From assembly GCF_037042905.1 (NCBI RefSeq), contig NC_087245.1:13516001-13580000 (forward strand): a stretch of 64,000 nt of DNA. The letters are read 5' to 3'. Position 1 is the stretch's first letter. Each line of letters starts with the position of its first letter. This DNA is from Lytechinus pictus (lineage: Eukaryota). The position numbers and the translations under genes are program-made. Below, one piece after another: positions 13,801-26,113 of the stretch. Below the pieces are notes generated by a model. That model worked only from the letters and a program-made list of their open reading frames with translations. It ran no database searches and was not told the origin of the DNA.

Positions 13801-16800
13801 ATTTAAAATATATATTTGTCACAAGTTAAGAGTAAAGGATTACAAATCAGTCAATAAAACAAGGACATGTTGGTAGACATTAAATAAGATGTAGATAATA
13901 AAATCACATTGATTCTTAAACAAAACACTTTTTTGTCCATCTTTTATAGATAATGAATTGTTATACTCTATCATACATACTTAAAACGCACTTTTAAGAA
14001 AATTGTGAAAAGTACTTTTTAAAAGGATTTTATTATGAAATCGAAGCAATCTGAAAGAAAAGGACTCCGGTAGTAGCACACAAACAACAGGACGAATACG
14101 ATGACCAGGATAATTTTAAATTTTCATTCAATTTGAAATCATGTCGTCTCTTATAGTACCTCCTTACAAGCCTACAAGTCCATTATGCTATGACTCATAT
14201 TGGCATTGATGAATAAATATATTCTACAACTAGCGACTACTCTTCTTGATCTGGGCACTTATCTAGACACAAGTACGCTGTCAAATTTCCGATTTGAAAG
14301 CTTAAGTAGGAAATTCTCAAGTTTATTTCCTTGAATGCTGTATCGCTTTCATTTCTTGCTCGCATGATAACTGACTTGAAGTTGAAATACTGTACTCTGT
14401 TATTATGAGAGCCTGTACACCTCTGTTGGAATATGTATAAAGAGAGAGAGAGAGAGGGAGGGATATCAATTCGAACGCAAATTTAATTTCCCTCTTAATC
14501 TCAGAAGAGACTTGGGGCCCTATGTTTAAAAAATTGTTACAAATTGAAATAGAAGCATTCTTCACATTATATTACAACTTGGCAGAGGCTTTCTAGAGAT
14601 AAAAACAACTCAGATATGGGCTTGGGGCCATCACGGACCCTCAAAATTTTAACGACAAAGCATAAAGGGAGAAAAATAAAAGGAAATGAGAAGGATGAAA
14701 TGTAATGTGTTTTTTTAATAGTTATATCAAAATCTATTGCAAAATTAGATTTTTTTAAATATAAAAGCTCAAACCTTTGGTTTGATCGCTTTGCTCTCTC
14801 GCAACTTTTAATTTTTTTCCCACATGCCATGTCTCACCATTTTAACATTTTTGGTTCATTACGCTACTTTAACAGTTGATGCAAACAGGGTTAAAAATAC
14901 TAAGGAATAACATAATGAAAGGAATACATGTTCTGGTAAGAAACATCCATATCTATAAGTCAGTCTTCTCTTTCAGCTTCAAGTAGTATGCATAACCTCC
15001 TAGGAATATTGTCACACACTACGATCACTTTAGGCCTATTGAATATAAATCCCACAAAGTTCTGTTAATAGTTTATTACGATCGACTCCAAATGGCTATA
15101 TTCTAATAAAAGCGTATATAAAATATATACAATATAATGTAATACTAAATGTACAATAAGAAATATTTTCAACTTTTGATGGACAAAATAATATATAGTA
15201 AAATATCATGACATTTACCCGCTCGACTGGGGTATGGCGTCACAAATTTAAATCTTTCAAAAACCATAGCTCTGCAATTTTTTGAAGATTTTGTTTTTCG
15301 AAAAACAACGTCACCTTTAAAATGTTTTTGTAATTCCTCTGATTACATCCAAGTCAAGATGTCATCAAGCTAGACTTCCCCTTGCATTGTTTTACATTGT
15401 CTTTGTACACTGGATTGTACTGACAATATCATGCTTGAAATATTATGCAGTACAGTCATAGTTGAGCAATAAATAGAATAGCGGTAGAGGGTAATAACAG
15501 ACGTCTTCCTGGAGTATGGAGGGAACGGATATTAATAGATGCACACGTGGATACCAGAAACGATGCCACAGTGTCATTAACAGTGCTATAGGTACAGGGT
15601 GTCTAGAAAAGAAGAGGAAAACAAAATGATATGCCCTAGATAGACAGAACAGTATGAATTGATAATTACATCAGTACTAATAACTCTGTTGCATACAATA
15701 TCAAGGTACATAACCTTGCTGACATTACGAAGGATACATTACATGACTCTCCATTGTAGCAGGGGTTTAAAATGAAGAAGAATCCATACATGCCATATAG
15801 AACGGGTTTATTGTGCAGATCGTATCCGTCATTAAAGCATAATAGTGGGTTTTCGCCCAGCGTCGTACGACGTAGAACGTACGTGTGCAAAAATCGCCAA
15901 CTTTCATGGAAACAGAGGCCCGAGCGTTCTTGAGCTCAAATCACGGACGGTTCTTCCGCAAATTAGCGGGCGTCCGCATTAGAACGTAGGATTTGTCAAC
16001 AGCCGTCAACAGCCAATCAGATCGCTTGTAGAGCGAGCAAGCTGAGCCGATCGATGTAAACACATTCGCCCATCGCGTGCATGCACATGTTGTACTCTAC
16101 TCTGACTACACTGATAGCTGAAAGCTTCAAAACATGGACTCGAATGCGAGTTTTTCGGTGAGTACCATTTCAATTATACTAAAATCAAGCTAAGTATAAT
16201 TTCAAAATGTTACAGTAGAAGTTTAAACGAGTATGATTATTGAAATATGATTGAAAAGCCGTTGCATGGCTCGGTCGACGACGCGACTGCAAGACACATG
16301 GCACTGCCAGTTGTGTGCACATAGTAGGAACATATACAATGCACATGTTGGCGTGTCAACATTACATGCCAACCATGCCAGCCGGTCGATCCGGCCGCGT
16401 TCAGCGATTTGCGAAACTGCTTACAAGCGAGAGTTGAGCGCGACGGACGCACGAACAAAGAGATCGTTCTACGTCGTAGATAGCGTCGTACGACGCTGGG
16501 CGAAAACCCACTATTAGCAGATGGTGTGTAAATTCTTGTAGATCATAATCGTGCATACACGTTGATTATCATTGGGTATCCGTCTCCACAAGTAAAGGGT
16601 GTCTAAAAACAGAAAAGTGAAATCAGATAATATACTGTACATGTAGAGTGTGGATAGAAACGAAAGTCACATAGATAATCCTAATATCAGAAGATATACA
16701 GTACGTCCCAGAAAAAACGAAACCGAGATTTAGCGATAATTTATCATAACTTAATCATAAATAAAATAGACAAATGACCTACCAATGTAAAGCTTAGAAT

Positions 16801-19800
16801 CTCCTCTTTCATCTGGTATTACTAGATTATTCCTCATTCACGCATGATTGAGCAAAAACAATTTGAAGAAAGGATACCAAAAACTCATTTGGCGGGGGGT
16901 ATCTGAATTTCAAAAAGAAAATCACATGCCTAAAAAGTTCAATATCTTCTCTTTTCTTTGATACCTTAATCACAAAAAATGGTCAAGAAGTAAAAAAGTT
17001 ATGTTCCCTCGAAACAATGCTTGTATTTCCATAATTTCATTAAATAAACGTGTTTTCACCGGTTTCTCACAGAAGCTATCACATGGTTAACAAAAGACTT
17101 AATGCATGGCTGATCGTCAACAAAACGGAGTGTCAAGTGAGTTTGAACGCTAGCCTGTAGAACCTCTTCATTTTATGAAATTATTGAAATTCAAGTATTA
17201 TTTCAAATAACCAGAACTTTGTCATTTCTTGGCCATTTTCTGTAATTGAGGTATCAAATTAAAGAGCAAATATTGAACTTTTTAAAAATGTGGTTTTCTT
17301 TTTTAAACCCAGATACAGCCCGCCAAATGAGTTTTTGGTATCCCCTCTTCAAATTGTTTTTGCTCACTCATGCGTGAATGAGAAATAATCTAAGTAATAT
17401 CAGATAATTGAGGAGATTCTAAACTTTACAATGGTAGGTCAGTTGTCTATTTTATTTGTAATTAAGTTATGATAAATCATCGGTAAATCTCGGTTTCGTT
17501 TTTTGTGGGACGCACTATAATACACAAATCATCATATCTTTCTTGTAGAAATTATATGTAAATCCTTGTTAAATTTTTTTTTTTACATATTCTCACAAGT
17601 AAAAGATAAACAAGGCTGGATTATATTACAAGATATGAAGAAGAAGTGAAAAGGACACACAAAACAAAACGTTACAAAAACAGGACGGGACAGAACGGTA
17701 CAAGAACAAGGCATGACAAAAAGTTATACAAAAACAAGACATACGAAATAGTATATGAACAGACAAATTGAAAAAAAAAAAACCAACAAAACAAAGGACA
17801 AAAGACCAGTAAAAGAAAACAGACAAAAAACAAATCTGCACAGGTAGAGCGAATAAAAAGAGACGGGAAAAGAAATGAAATAAAGGCGGGGGGGGGGGTC
17901 AGGAAGAACAGAAGATCCACAAGATATCCTAAGTAGGATGAATGATGTGAGTGTTATAGTTATTGGTTAGATTTTTTTAAGTGCTCTATTGAAGCTATGA
18001 ATAGTTGGCTTATTTCGTAAAGTTTGCGGAAGTGAATTCCAAAGTTTGATGCCAGAAGATATGGACAGTTTGTTTGTTAATAATGTCCTCGTTCTAGGTA
18101 AATGGAAAAGTCCAGCAGATCTTGTAGGGTAGTGATGAACATTGATATTTCTTGTAAACATAGAATAAGATACGTCTGGTAGTTCATCTCTACTAAGGTT
18201 GTACATAAAAGATCCAAGATTATAATGGTAAAGATAATGTATCTTAAGAATACCATGAGTTTTAAAAAGAACATTCGTATGTGCCCGATAATGAGAATGG
18301 CAAATAACGCGCAAAGCTTTTTTCTGGAGTAGAAAAAGTCTATTCAAATGAAAATCAGCACAAACCCCCCATGCAATAATACAAAAGTTCAAATGCGGGA
18401 GTATCAGCGTAGAGTATAAGTTTAATAATATACGAGTCGGGAAGTAGAATTTAACTTTATTTATAATTCCAATATTCCGTGAAATTATTTTGCATGTGTT
18501 ATCTATATGTTCTTTCCATGACAGTCTGTCGTCGATAGTTACTCCTAGAAATTTCGTATTTAATACTCTTTGAATATTAATATTATAAAAAATAATGTTA
18601 CCTGGGAGTTCATGAATGATATTGCTGAAGAGCATGTAATTTGTTTTAGTGAGATTAAGCGATAATTTGTTGGCTTTGATCCACTCCGAGACTAGTTTTA
18701 ATTCTTTATTGAATGTGTCAAGTAAATGTTTGGGGTCCTTATGGGAAAAAATATATTTGAGCCGTCGGCAAAAAGAATGAATGATAAAGTACTTGAAGAT
18801 TTATAAAAATCATTAATGTAGACCAAAAAAAGAAGCGGACCCAAGATTGAGCCTTGAGGGACTCCACATGAGATAGATTTGGGAGCGGAATTTACATTTG
18901 CTATGGAAACATATTGCTGCCTTCTGCTGAGGTAGTTCCTGAACCACTCCAAGGCTATCCCTCTGATTCCATAATAATTAAGCTGGAATAAAAGGATATC
19001 ATGATTGATTGTGTCGAAAGCCTTGGAGAAGTCCAGGAACACCCCAACAGTATGCTCATACTTGTCAATTCCATTGGCAATCTTATTAATCAATGCCAAC
19101 AGGGCATGAGTAGTACTATGTTTTTCGCGAAAACCAAACTGCAGGGGATCAAACAATTTATGTATATTAAGAAACTTTGTCGTGCGTACAAAAATTACTT
19201 TTTCCAAAACCTTCGAAATGCATGTCAATAATGATATGGGGCGATAATTTCCCAACACGGTGTTGTCGCCTTTTTAAAAAACAGGGATTACTCGGGCTTG
19301 CTTTAATGATGAAGGTACAACTCCTGTAGAATGAGACAAATTAAAGATATAAGTCAAAGGTTTAATAATGTGTATTAGATTTCTTTTCAGGAGAATGTTA
19401 CTTATATCGTCACATCCTGAACTCATTGTATTCTTCAGTCCAGAAATTATATCAGCTAGTTCTTTTACGTCTGTTGGTGTGAAATATATCAAATTTGGAT
19501 TAGGGTCATTAAGAAATGATGTGAAGTGTTTAGAAGAGGCAGAGGTGGTGCTGGCAAGATTTTGGCCTACGGATGCAAAATAGTCATTAAAAACATTTGC
19601 CAAGGCAAGGGGATCCTCTACCAATTCACCATCAACATTTATTTCCGCGGGCGTAGACATTTTGAAGTTACCTTGTATAACGTTTTTTATAACTTTCCAT
19701 GTATTTTTAACATCGTTTCTATAGAGGTCAAATTGATTATGAAAATAATTCTTTTTACATCTTCTTAGTATACCTGTCAGAATATTTTTGTAGTCAGTGT

Positions 19801-22800
19801 ACTTTTTTCTATTTCTGTCGCAAGGTTTTGAAATAGTTTTTAAGTAAAGGTTGTTCTTTCTGTTTATTGAGCGCAAAATGGTAGGTGTGATCCATGGGGA
19901 CCTTTGAACCTTTTTGTAATTAGAGCGTTTGAATCGCACTACAGGAAAAGAGCTATTCATTAATGGATTCATTTTATTCGTAAAAGCGTCAAATGCATCC
20001 TTGGCATTTTGAATACTGTAAATTCCTGACCAGTCAACATTTCCTAACTCTTCATAAGACAATGGATGCTTGGGCGTCTAATGAACAGGGCGTATATGAA
20101 ATCAAAAGAGTTTATAATGAGGTTTTGAAAGCAGACATCCTCTTTAAATGGAAATTAAATCGGATATTAATATATTTAAACACATTTCTGCCTGAAGAGA
20201 AACATGAATACAAGGTGTCCAGAGATTAAGACTTCTTCCTGATAAGAAAAAAGAGGAAGTATCAATACATAACAAATCGACCCAATTTCTGTGTACTCTA
20301 TCAATTGGATGTCAATATGCACAGGTGGAAGATAATGGCNNNNNNNNNNNNNNNNNNNNNNNNNNNNNNNNNNNNNNNNNNNNNNNNNNNNNNNNNNNNN
20401 NNNNNNNNNNNNNNNNNNNNNNNNNNNNNNNNNNNNNNNNNNNNNNNNNNNNNNNNNNNNNNNNNNNNNNNNNNNNNNNNNNNNNNNNNNNNNNNNNNNN
20501 NNNNNNNNGCGCTTTATGATGCAATTTTTTTAAGGGCTGCATACTATTACCCGCTGATCAGACGCTCGAGCATTCAAAGATTTGCTTCCTACCGGGTACC
20601 CATTTACTACACCTGGGTGGAGAGTGGCAAATGTAGATAAATGCCTTGCCAAAGGACGCGAGTGGCCGAGTGCTGCGGTAGGATTTTAACCCGGACCTTG
20701 CGGTTCATAGTCTGGAGACTTATCGAATGAGCCACAACACCTATGCTTGTTAATAGATGTCCATGTAACCTTTTCATGATATTGAACACTCATAAAATAT
20801 ATTAAACCTATCTTTATATTTTTGTCTTCACCCTATACAGAAGCTCCAAATCTGATGCATTGTCGGAATACCACGGCAGACGTCAGACCCTGCAGGACAG
20901 GTCGAGAAGCTGGAGCTATTTGTCAACGTAAGATTATTATTATTATTTATCTGTGCCCCATCTTACAAAGCGATACAACGTAATCTTCTAAAAAAAGCAT
21001 CTTTGTTCAACATATTTTCTCGATATGATATCCATTCATAAATTCATAAATTTCTTGAAAATTAAATGTGCTTTTTTGTTTAAAAAAGATATTGTGCTAA
21101 TTTCCTGAGGAAACTATTAATGATGAATTTATTGAGGTTGATCGTATCAATCGTAGGTCTTTGTAAGACGGGGCCCAGGAATAAAGTAAATAACTGAATA
21201 AGATGAGATAACTTTAGTGCGAGATTACGCTATGTATCTTGCTTTTTTTCAATAGATTAATAAGTGAGGCAAATAGTAAATGTCAAGAAACCATAGAGAT
21301 TACCTTGCAGAAAATTGGGAACATTGTAGTATTAATGATCTTTGTACGTTTTGAATGGATTGTCTGCGCTAAATCTTGTCAAATCTGGCAGAACGTTTTA
21401 ATGATAATGATATCGTGGACACATTTTCTTTATTAATCGTCCTCTTAGATAATCATTCTGGGAGGATGCCGTTAAGATGTTAATGGAGACCATTGGTTGG
21501 GATTAATTGGTAATAGCAACCCAGTTTGAATAACCTCTTTTCTAAGGCAGATTGCAGTTAAATGATTATCATGTGATGAATTCATACACATTATCTCAGT
21601 CTATATCAATATTGTAATATATATAAGACATTAAAATAGTTACCACTTAATTGTGAACAGTTGCTTAAGTAACTATGTAATAGCTATGATAAAAGTATTG
21701 TTGATAAAAAGAACTGTGTGCATGATCATGCTGTCATTTTCTATTAAAATACTTGACCTCCATCACAGTTTCAATTTAAAGGATTTATTTTAAATTTCCT
21801 TTAAATACATTAATAATAAAAAAAAAAAACATTCTACAAATTGTTCAGTTGGTATAAGATCCAGGATTACATATTCGACTGAGCTAGAAAGTGGATCGAT
21901 TTCGGCAGAATTTTATGAAAAACAAAAAGAAACAAAATAATTAAAAAACATAACTGATTTCTCTGAAAGGGAAGTCACCTACAATGGGAAGCACAATACT
22001 ATTTGAATTGACTATGGATTAGCCAAAAGTGTACAATTCTGTTTTTCTATCCCTTGTTTACCGAATTTATATTATCATGCTTGACTGGTTAAGAAATCAG
22101 TAGAACTTTGAAATTTATTGTGCCCCAAGGAGGTAGTTTACCGACACAAACTGTTTGAAATCTGTTTCGTGCGGCTGTCCATAGTCAAATAAGTGATTTA
22201 AAAATTTGCATTCTCTCTGAAACTTTCTCCTAAAAATTTCATAGGGTGTTGAGTGTAATTCACTAAGACTCCTCGAAAGGCAATTGAGATTCAAGTATAT
22301 AGCTACATATTTAGAGCTCAGCAAATTATAACTTGAAACCACACAAGTTCCTGTGCCTACTTCGGGCGTTTTCGGATTGTGAAAAGTGAACTGATATGAC
22401 ATGTATGAGGCAAGTGGTAAAAATAGGCACAAGTAACTTAATGTCTGTTGGTCATTAAACCGGATTTAAATTTCCGTGATGGACAACATCTGGAAATTAA
22501 TTTCGAATACTTTCATGAAAACTGAGGCTATAGACCCCCGATAAAACGTTTGTTCACAATGGGTCATTGTGGTCTTTTATCTTTTTCCTTCCCTTCCAGC
22601 GCCGAGTTTCCAAGGGTGTTTCAAGACGGTGGAAAGTACCATCCAAAGCGATGCCGTCATGATAAACAGGAACATGACAGTTGATACCTGTATGGCATAC
22701 TGTATGAACAGGACAATGCGATTCAGTGGTGTCTCGGTGGACCACTGTAGCTGCTGGAACTTCATGCCAAACACCACGACAGAACTGTTTTCTGTTGAAC

Positions 22801-25800
22801 CTCATCACTGCCTCCAGCACTGTCCAGCGAACCCTCTGCAGGTCTGTGGTGGGGTCAGTGGCATCATGAAGACCTTTGTCATCTACGACAGTATGTGGAC
22901 ATTTTTCCCCATATAATTCTGTCATAACACCTTGAAAATGTATGGTAGTAAATTAATAAGAAATATTAAGCAAAGATACACAAATGGTAAATTAGTCCCC
23001 TATTCACAGCGATTATATCTCTCTGATGTTCTTGGTCCTGCCTATTCTTCTTTACTGACTGCAGGTCTTACCCGGCCATAGACCAATGACTTTAAGAAGT
23101 CTTCGGGGCAAATTAATGATTACCATTTTGATTCATAATCAACTTATGCCTTACCATGCACGTAGCCATTAAAAACATATTACAAACCTATCTTTAACCA
23201 GTGATTAATAGGCTTTTTGTCTTTGATATGTAGCTGGGCAACAGGTAAGATCAACCGCATCGAGAACCTGAATATACCTACTCCAATTATGTTCCTAATA
23301 TTACTTTCTTTCGTACTCTCTTCTGACAGCATACGTTGGATTCTGCAACGATCCTGGGGACATCATGAATGGATATCGTGACAGCGACTGGTTTCAGTTT
23401 GGTGCCACGGTGAACTTCCAGTGTGATGAGGGTTACGAGATACAGGGTAGCGAGAACCTTACATGTATCGAGTCAGGTCCTGGGTACGACTGGAACGATG
23501 CCTCACCGATTTGTACCAGTAAGTCTACCATCCCCGCGCAAAGAGTTAATCGTGAAAATAAATAGGACACAAGAATTAACAACATCGTCCAATTTCAAGA
23601 GGTGTCGGCCGGGATTCATAAGAGGGCGCTGTAGCTCAATTGTAGTAGAGCAACTCTATCATGTAGAAGATAAGTGACATGTGTGTCGTATTAAGTGGGC
23701 CCGTAATTGCATAATAATTATTTCTATTGAGAAGTTGAGCAGGTACTTATTTAGCATGGGAAGTTAGTCGAGTCATGTGGACCTACTAGCATGACTAGTA
23801 GGTCCATAGTCGAATCGAGGACCCGGTTTTCTATCCAAGTCGATGGGCTAGTGAGTGACCTCTGGAAAGGCTCTATCACTCATTACCAGGTCTCAACAAG
23901 AGATCTAAAACCGCAAGTCCCCTGGTCGTTTGCTTGAAAAAATACATTATTAAATGGGTAACAGGATGAAAAAGCAAATGTATTTTGCTTATAGAATTTG
24001 AACTTAAAAGCTCTCGCTGGAATGCCTCAAATGGAGTGGAGAAAGTGGATACTATTAGTATAGGCAAGCCAGAATCCGATGTCTGTAAAGAGTAAAAGAA
24101 ATCATTGTTTCCGCGTGCAGGGCACTAGAGTACAGCAGAATACTAAGATAGGACATTGTTATCATGGCTATGATCAATCATTATTAAGTATGCGTTTTTA
24201 TGATTATCTATAAATCAGGATTATAAACCCATGATCTTGTTTATCTTGTGCAGTCTCGATAGTACATGCAAAATACAGTGAGTACCATCTTCGTGTAAGC
24301 CTTATTGATGAATTACCCTCTTATCTAGGTTGATAAAAAATGATATCAAAGTAGTATATAAAACTGGCATTCGAAGTCTAATACTTTTTGAGTTGGAACT
24401 TTGGATAATTTGTATCACAAAGTGCCTATATTAATATTGATAAGGCGAATCAATGAGAGAAAATTAAAATACAAAATTATTTCGTTTGTCACTACGTCAG
24501 AGCCATCTATGTACTCAAAATCTATCACTGCTATTCGATACTAATCATTGAAGGTATAGATGGACTATAATTATGTGAGCTGCCTATTCAATAGTATAAC
24601 TCTCTTTTCTTTTCACCGATAGGAATTATTATCACAACACAGCCACCTACTTTTGAAACAGAAAGCGGCGGCATTCTCACTGATCTCAATGGAGAACAGA
24701 AATTAGAAGGTAAGTTCATTTTTACACCCATCATTTGAACATCATTTAATTAATTACCTACGATACTTTGTGACTTTTATGTAAACATAAATACGTATAT
24801 ACTCAATATTTGAATACTTGAAATAGATTCTAAGTTATGATTACTCTCTTAAAAGTTATCAAAGAATAGTTTTTCTTGTCCTTGTTTTTGTCGGTTAAAG
24901 TCTCTATATCCCTTCCCCTCTCCCCTCCTCTATCTCTCCCTCTCCCCCCTCTCTCTCTCTCTATATATATGTATATACACACATTGTAAATAATTTAATC
25001 ATGTGATTTTTAAGGGTATTTTCAGTAGCTGATGTTATTTTTGTAACTTATCATGACGGGGGGGGGGGGGGGCAAATGCTTGTTATGAATGATGATACAA
25101 TGTGCTTCTAAAGAGTAAACCCTTATCTTTTCAGTCCTATACGTTGGTGTTGTTGGTGGAGGTGTTGGTCTCTTGCTTCTGATCGTTGTCATCGCTTTTG
25201 CCGTCGCCTGCTGCAAGTCGAGAAAGAAAACGTAAGTTTTACCTTTACTCATCACATTCACTCAAAAAGTCAAGACAAAGAAACAAAATATCTTCACATA
25301 TTTTAAGCTTTTGATATCATTAAATGTGAATGAAAAAAAAAGCGCTCTGAATCACTTTAAAATCACAACTTTTAGATTGAAAGTTTGTTCTCATCTTTGG
25401 AAGGGTGTCAACTTGGAAACAATTTCTGTCCTTCTTGAAATCATAATGTTGAAAAAAAATCATCACAAAAAAGTCTAATTTGACAACTCATGCCATGGAT
25501 TACGAGTGCTATTCGTATAGGGTTGTTATAAAACTGAATTTCGACAGTATTATTGAAATGGATAGAACTAAATCATAACTTTATGTTTTTTTCCAGTGCG
25601 AAGACGCTAATCAACGAGGATGACGAAGAGGCACAGGTCGGTCGACTGAAGAAGAAGAAAAGGAAGAAATCAAAGAAAACAAAGAAAGTTAAGAAAAAGA
25701 ATAGAGAACAAGATATTGATGAAAAGGATAAAGACGAGCTCGAACTCGAATTCGACACAGAAGACGACGTCGACAAGGAAGACGAGTTAGAAAAGGACGA

Positions 25801-26113
25801 GTATGATGAGGAAGAAGCAACATCAAACGAAAATAAAGCCAATGCAAAACTAGATGTGGGTCCTATCGCGACAGCCGATCTGAGCTATTACCAGACCGAA
25901 CAGGACCAAAGCGGTAAAAACAAGAATAAACCGCTTCCATCGGCTCGTGGACAGGGACGGCCAACGTCGAGTAGCAAACCGGCGAAATTCAACTTCATCG
26001 AAACAGATCAAAGAAAGAACTCAAAGAGAAGTCGAGGTGGTTTGATGAAAAATGTTTTGTTTGTGAAAGGAAACGGGGACAATGCTTCAGATATTTTGCT
26101 CAAAGATCCTTAG
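3745..26113 (+). CDS. Gene 1 (8 coding exons, ~533 aa): type I membrane protein, signal peptide-SRCR-WSC-Sushi/CCP-stalk-TM-charged cytoplasmic tail
   Basis: Exons 3745-3838, 11282-11521, 20841-20927, 22600-22890, 23330-23518, 24623-24709, 25135-25231, 25597-26113. All introns are GT-AG with matching phases; 1602 nt total in one open frame. Extra exons hidden in N-gaps cannot be excluded. Confidence 0.85.
4826..4889. repeat. (CTA)n microsatellite next to an assembly gap
   Basis: Direct inspection. Confidence 0.9.
5068..6052. mobile_element. Tc1/mariner-type MITE
   Basis: TA|CAGTGCGTATCAAAAAAA...TTTTTTTGATACGCACTG|TA with long imperfect inverted arms. Confidence 0.85.
6599..7029. mobile_element. 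MITE with internal (TTCACAGTGTG)-like minisatellite
   Basis: Inverted termini CCCTGCTGGAAAGAATA / TATTCTTTCCAACAGCG; interior is many ~11-bp CACAGTGT repeats. Confidence 0.65.
8071..8296. mobile_element. Palindromic CAC...GTG MITE (EnSpm/CACTA-like)
   Basis: TA|CACACTTAAAA...TTTTAAGAGTG|TA, with internal inverted GGGCAACATACTGTCC / GGACAGTATGTTGCCC. Confidence 0.7.
9033..9170. repeat. (GAT/AAT/AAC)n low-complexity repeat
   Basis: Direct inspection. Confidence 0.8.
9762..9894. mobile_element. Short PIF/Harbinger-like MITE
   Basis: CCCGTTGCATAAA...TTTATGCAACGGGGCC inverted termini flanked by CAG. Confidence 0.65.
11282..11521 (+). CDS. Gene 1 exon 2: N-terminal part of SRCR domain
   Basis: ttccacag acceptor. 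ELRLGGGRTPREGRLEV...WASVCGDGWTNEDAIVACNEAGF...IMLTNVDCKP is a textbook SRCR pattern. Missed by the ORF track. Confidence 0.92.
15842..16514. mobile_element. CpG-rich non-autonomous DNA transposon with perfect ~31-bp TIRs
   Basis: ATAGTGGGTTTTCGCCCAGCGTCGTACGACG ... CGTCGTACGACGCTGGGCGAAAACCCACTAT, flanked by TA. Superfamily uncertain. Confidence 0.82.
16699..17517. mobile_element. Tc1/mariner-type MITE with long inverted arms
   Basis: TA|CAGTACGTCCCAGAAAAAACGAAACCGAGATTTA ... TAAATCTCGGTTTCGTTTTTTGTGGGACGCACTA|TA; arms extend ~270 bp. Confidence 0.85.
17620..20062 (-). mobile_element. 5'-truncated, inactivated non-LTR retrotransposon (CR1/L2 group) ORF2/RT plus 3' UTR, antisense in intron 2 of gene 1
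   Basis: NYRPISLL, QFGFR, LDFSKAFD, GVPQGSILGPLLFL, KFLGV..D..LSWKEHI, LWNSLP. In-frame TAA at 19274-19276, frameshift near 18750, catalytic FADD mutated to FADG. Confidence 0.92.
20509..20722 (-). mobile_element. tRNA-derived SINE
   Basis: Minus strand carries a degenerate tRNA head, then GTCCTTTGGCAAGG...CACCCAGGTG..AATGGGTACC, the same core as the SINE at 35540. Confidence 0.8.
20841..20927 (+). CDS. Gene 1 exon 3: C-terminal part of SRCR domain
   Basis: tacag acceptor. EAPNLMHCRNTTADVRPCRTGREAGAICQ supplies the last three Cys (EAGAIC resembles DAGVVC). C|GTAAG donor. Confidence 0.88.
20954..21175. mobile_element. PIF/Harbinger-like MITE
   Basis: GCCCCATCTTACAAAG ... CTTTGTAAGACGGGGC inverted termini, CTG/CAG flanks. 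Confidence 0.65.
22600..22890 (+). CDS. Gene 1 exon 4: WSC domain
   Basis: FQGCF...NMTVDTCMAYC...FSGV...CSC...CLQHCPANPLQVCGG...FVIYD shows the WSC 8-Cys pattern. Phase 1-1. Confidence 0.92.
23330..23518 (+). CDS. Gene 1 exon 5: Sushi/CCP/SCR domain
   Basis: CNDPGDIMNG...FQFGATVNFQCDEGYEIQGSENLTC...WNDASPIC. Phase 1-1. Confidence 0.93.
24623..24709 (+). CDS. Gene 1 exon 6: Thr/Pro stalk
   Basis: Polypyrimidine-AG acceptor, open frame RIIITTQPPTFETESGGILTDLNGEQKLE, G|GTAAG donor. Phase 1-1. Confidence 0.75.
25135..25231 (+). CDS. Gene 1 exon 7: transmembrane helix
   Basis: VLYVGVVGGGVGLLLLIVVIAFAVACCKSRKK: hydrophobic helix, juxtamembrane CC, basic stop-transfer. AC|GTAAG donor, phase 2. 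Confidence 0.88.
25597..26113 (+). CDS. Gene 1 exon 8: cytoplasmic tail (poly-Lys block then Asp/Glu block) to stop
   Basis: ttttccag acceptor, phase 2 matching exon 7. Lies within ORF 25553-26113. AATAAA at 26165-26170. Confidence 0.85.

Noticed and set aside
17967-20062. Reverse transcriptase as a retron, DGR or domesticated gene
   Set aside because: Ordinary eukaryotic CR1/L2-group ORF2 with a stop, a frameshift and a mutated catalytic Asp; 5' truncated.
19993-20229. 78-aa + strand ORF at the LINE 5' junction as an extra gene 1 exon
   Set aside because: It would interrupt the SRCR domain, has no convincing splice sites and no recognisable homology.
22554-22925. Antisense ORFs over exons (also 25573-25842, 33269-33508, 38792-39031)
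   Set aside because: Shadows of GC-richer coding exons on the + strand; no independent features.
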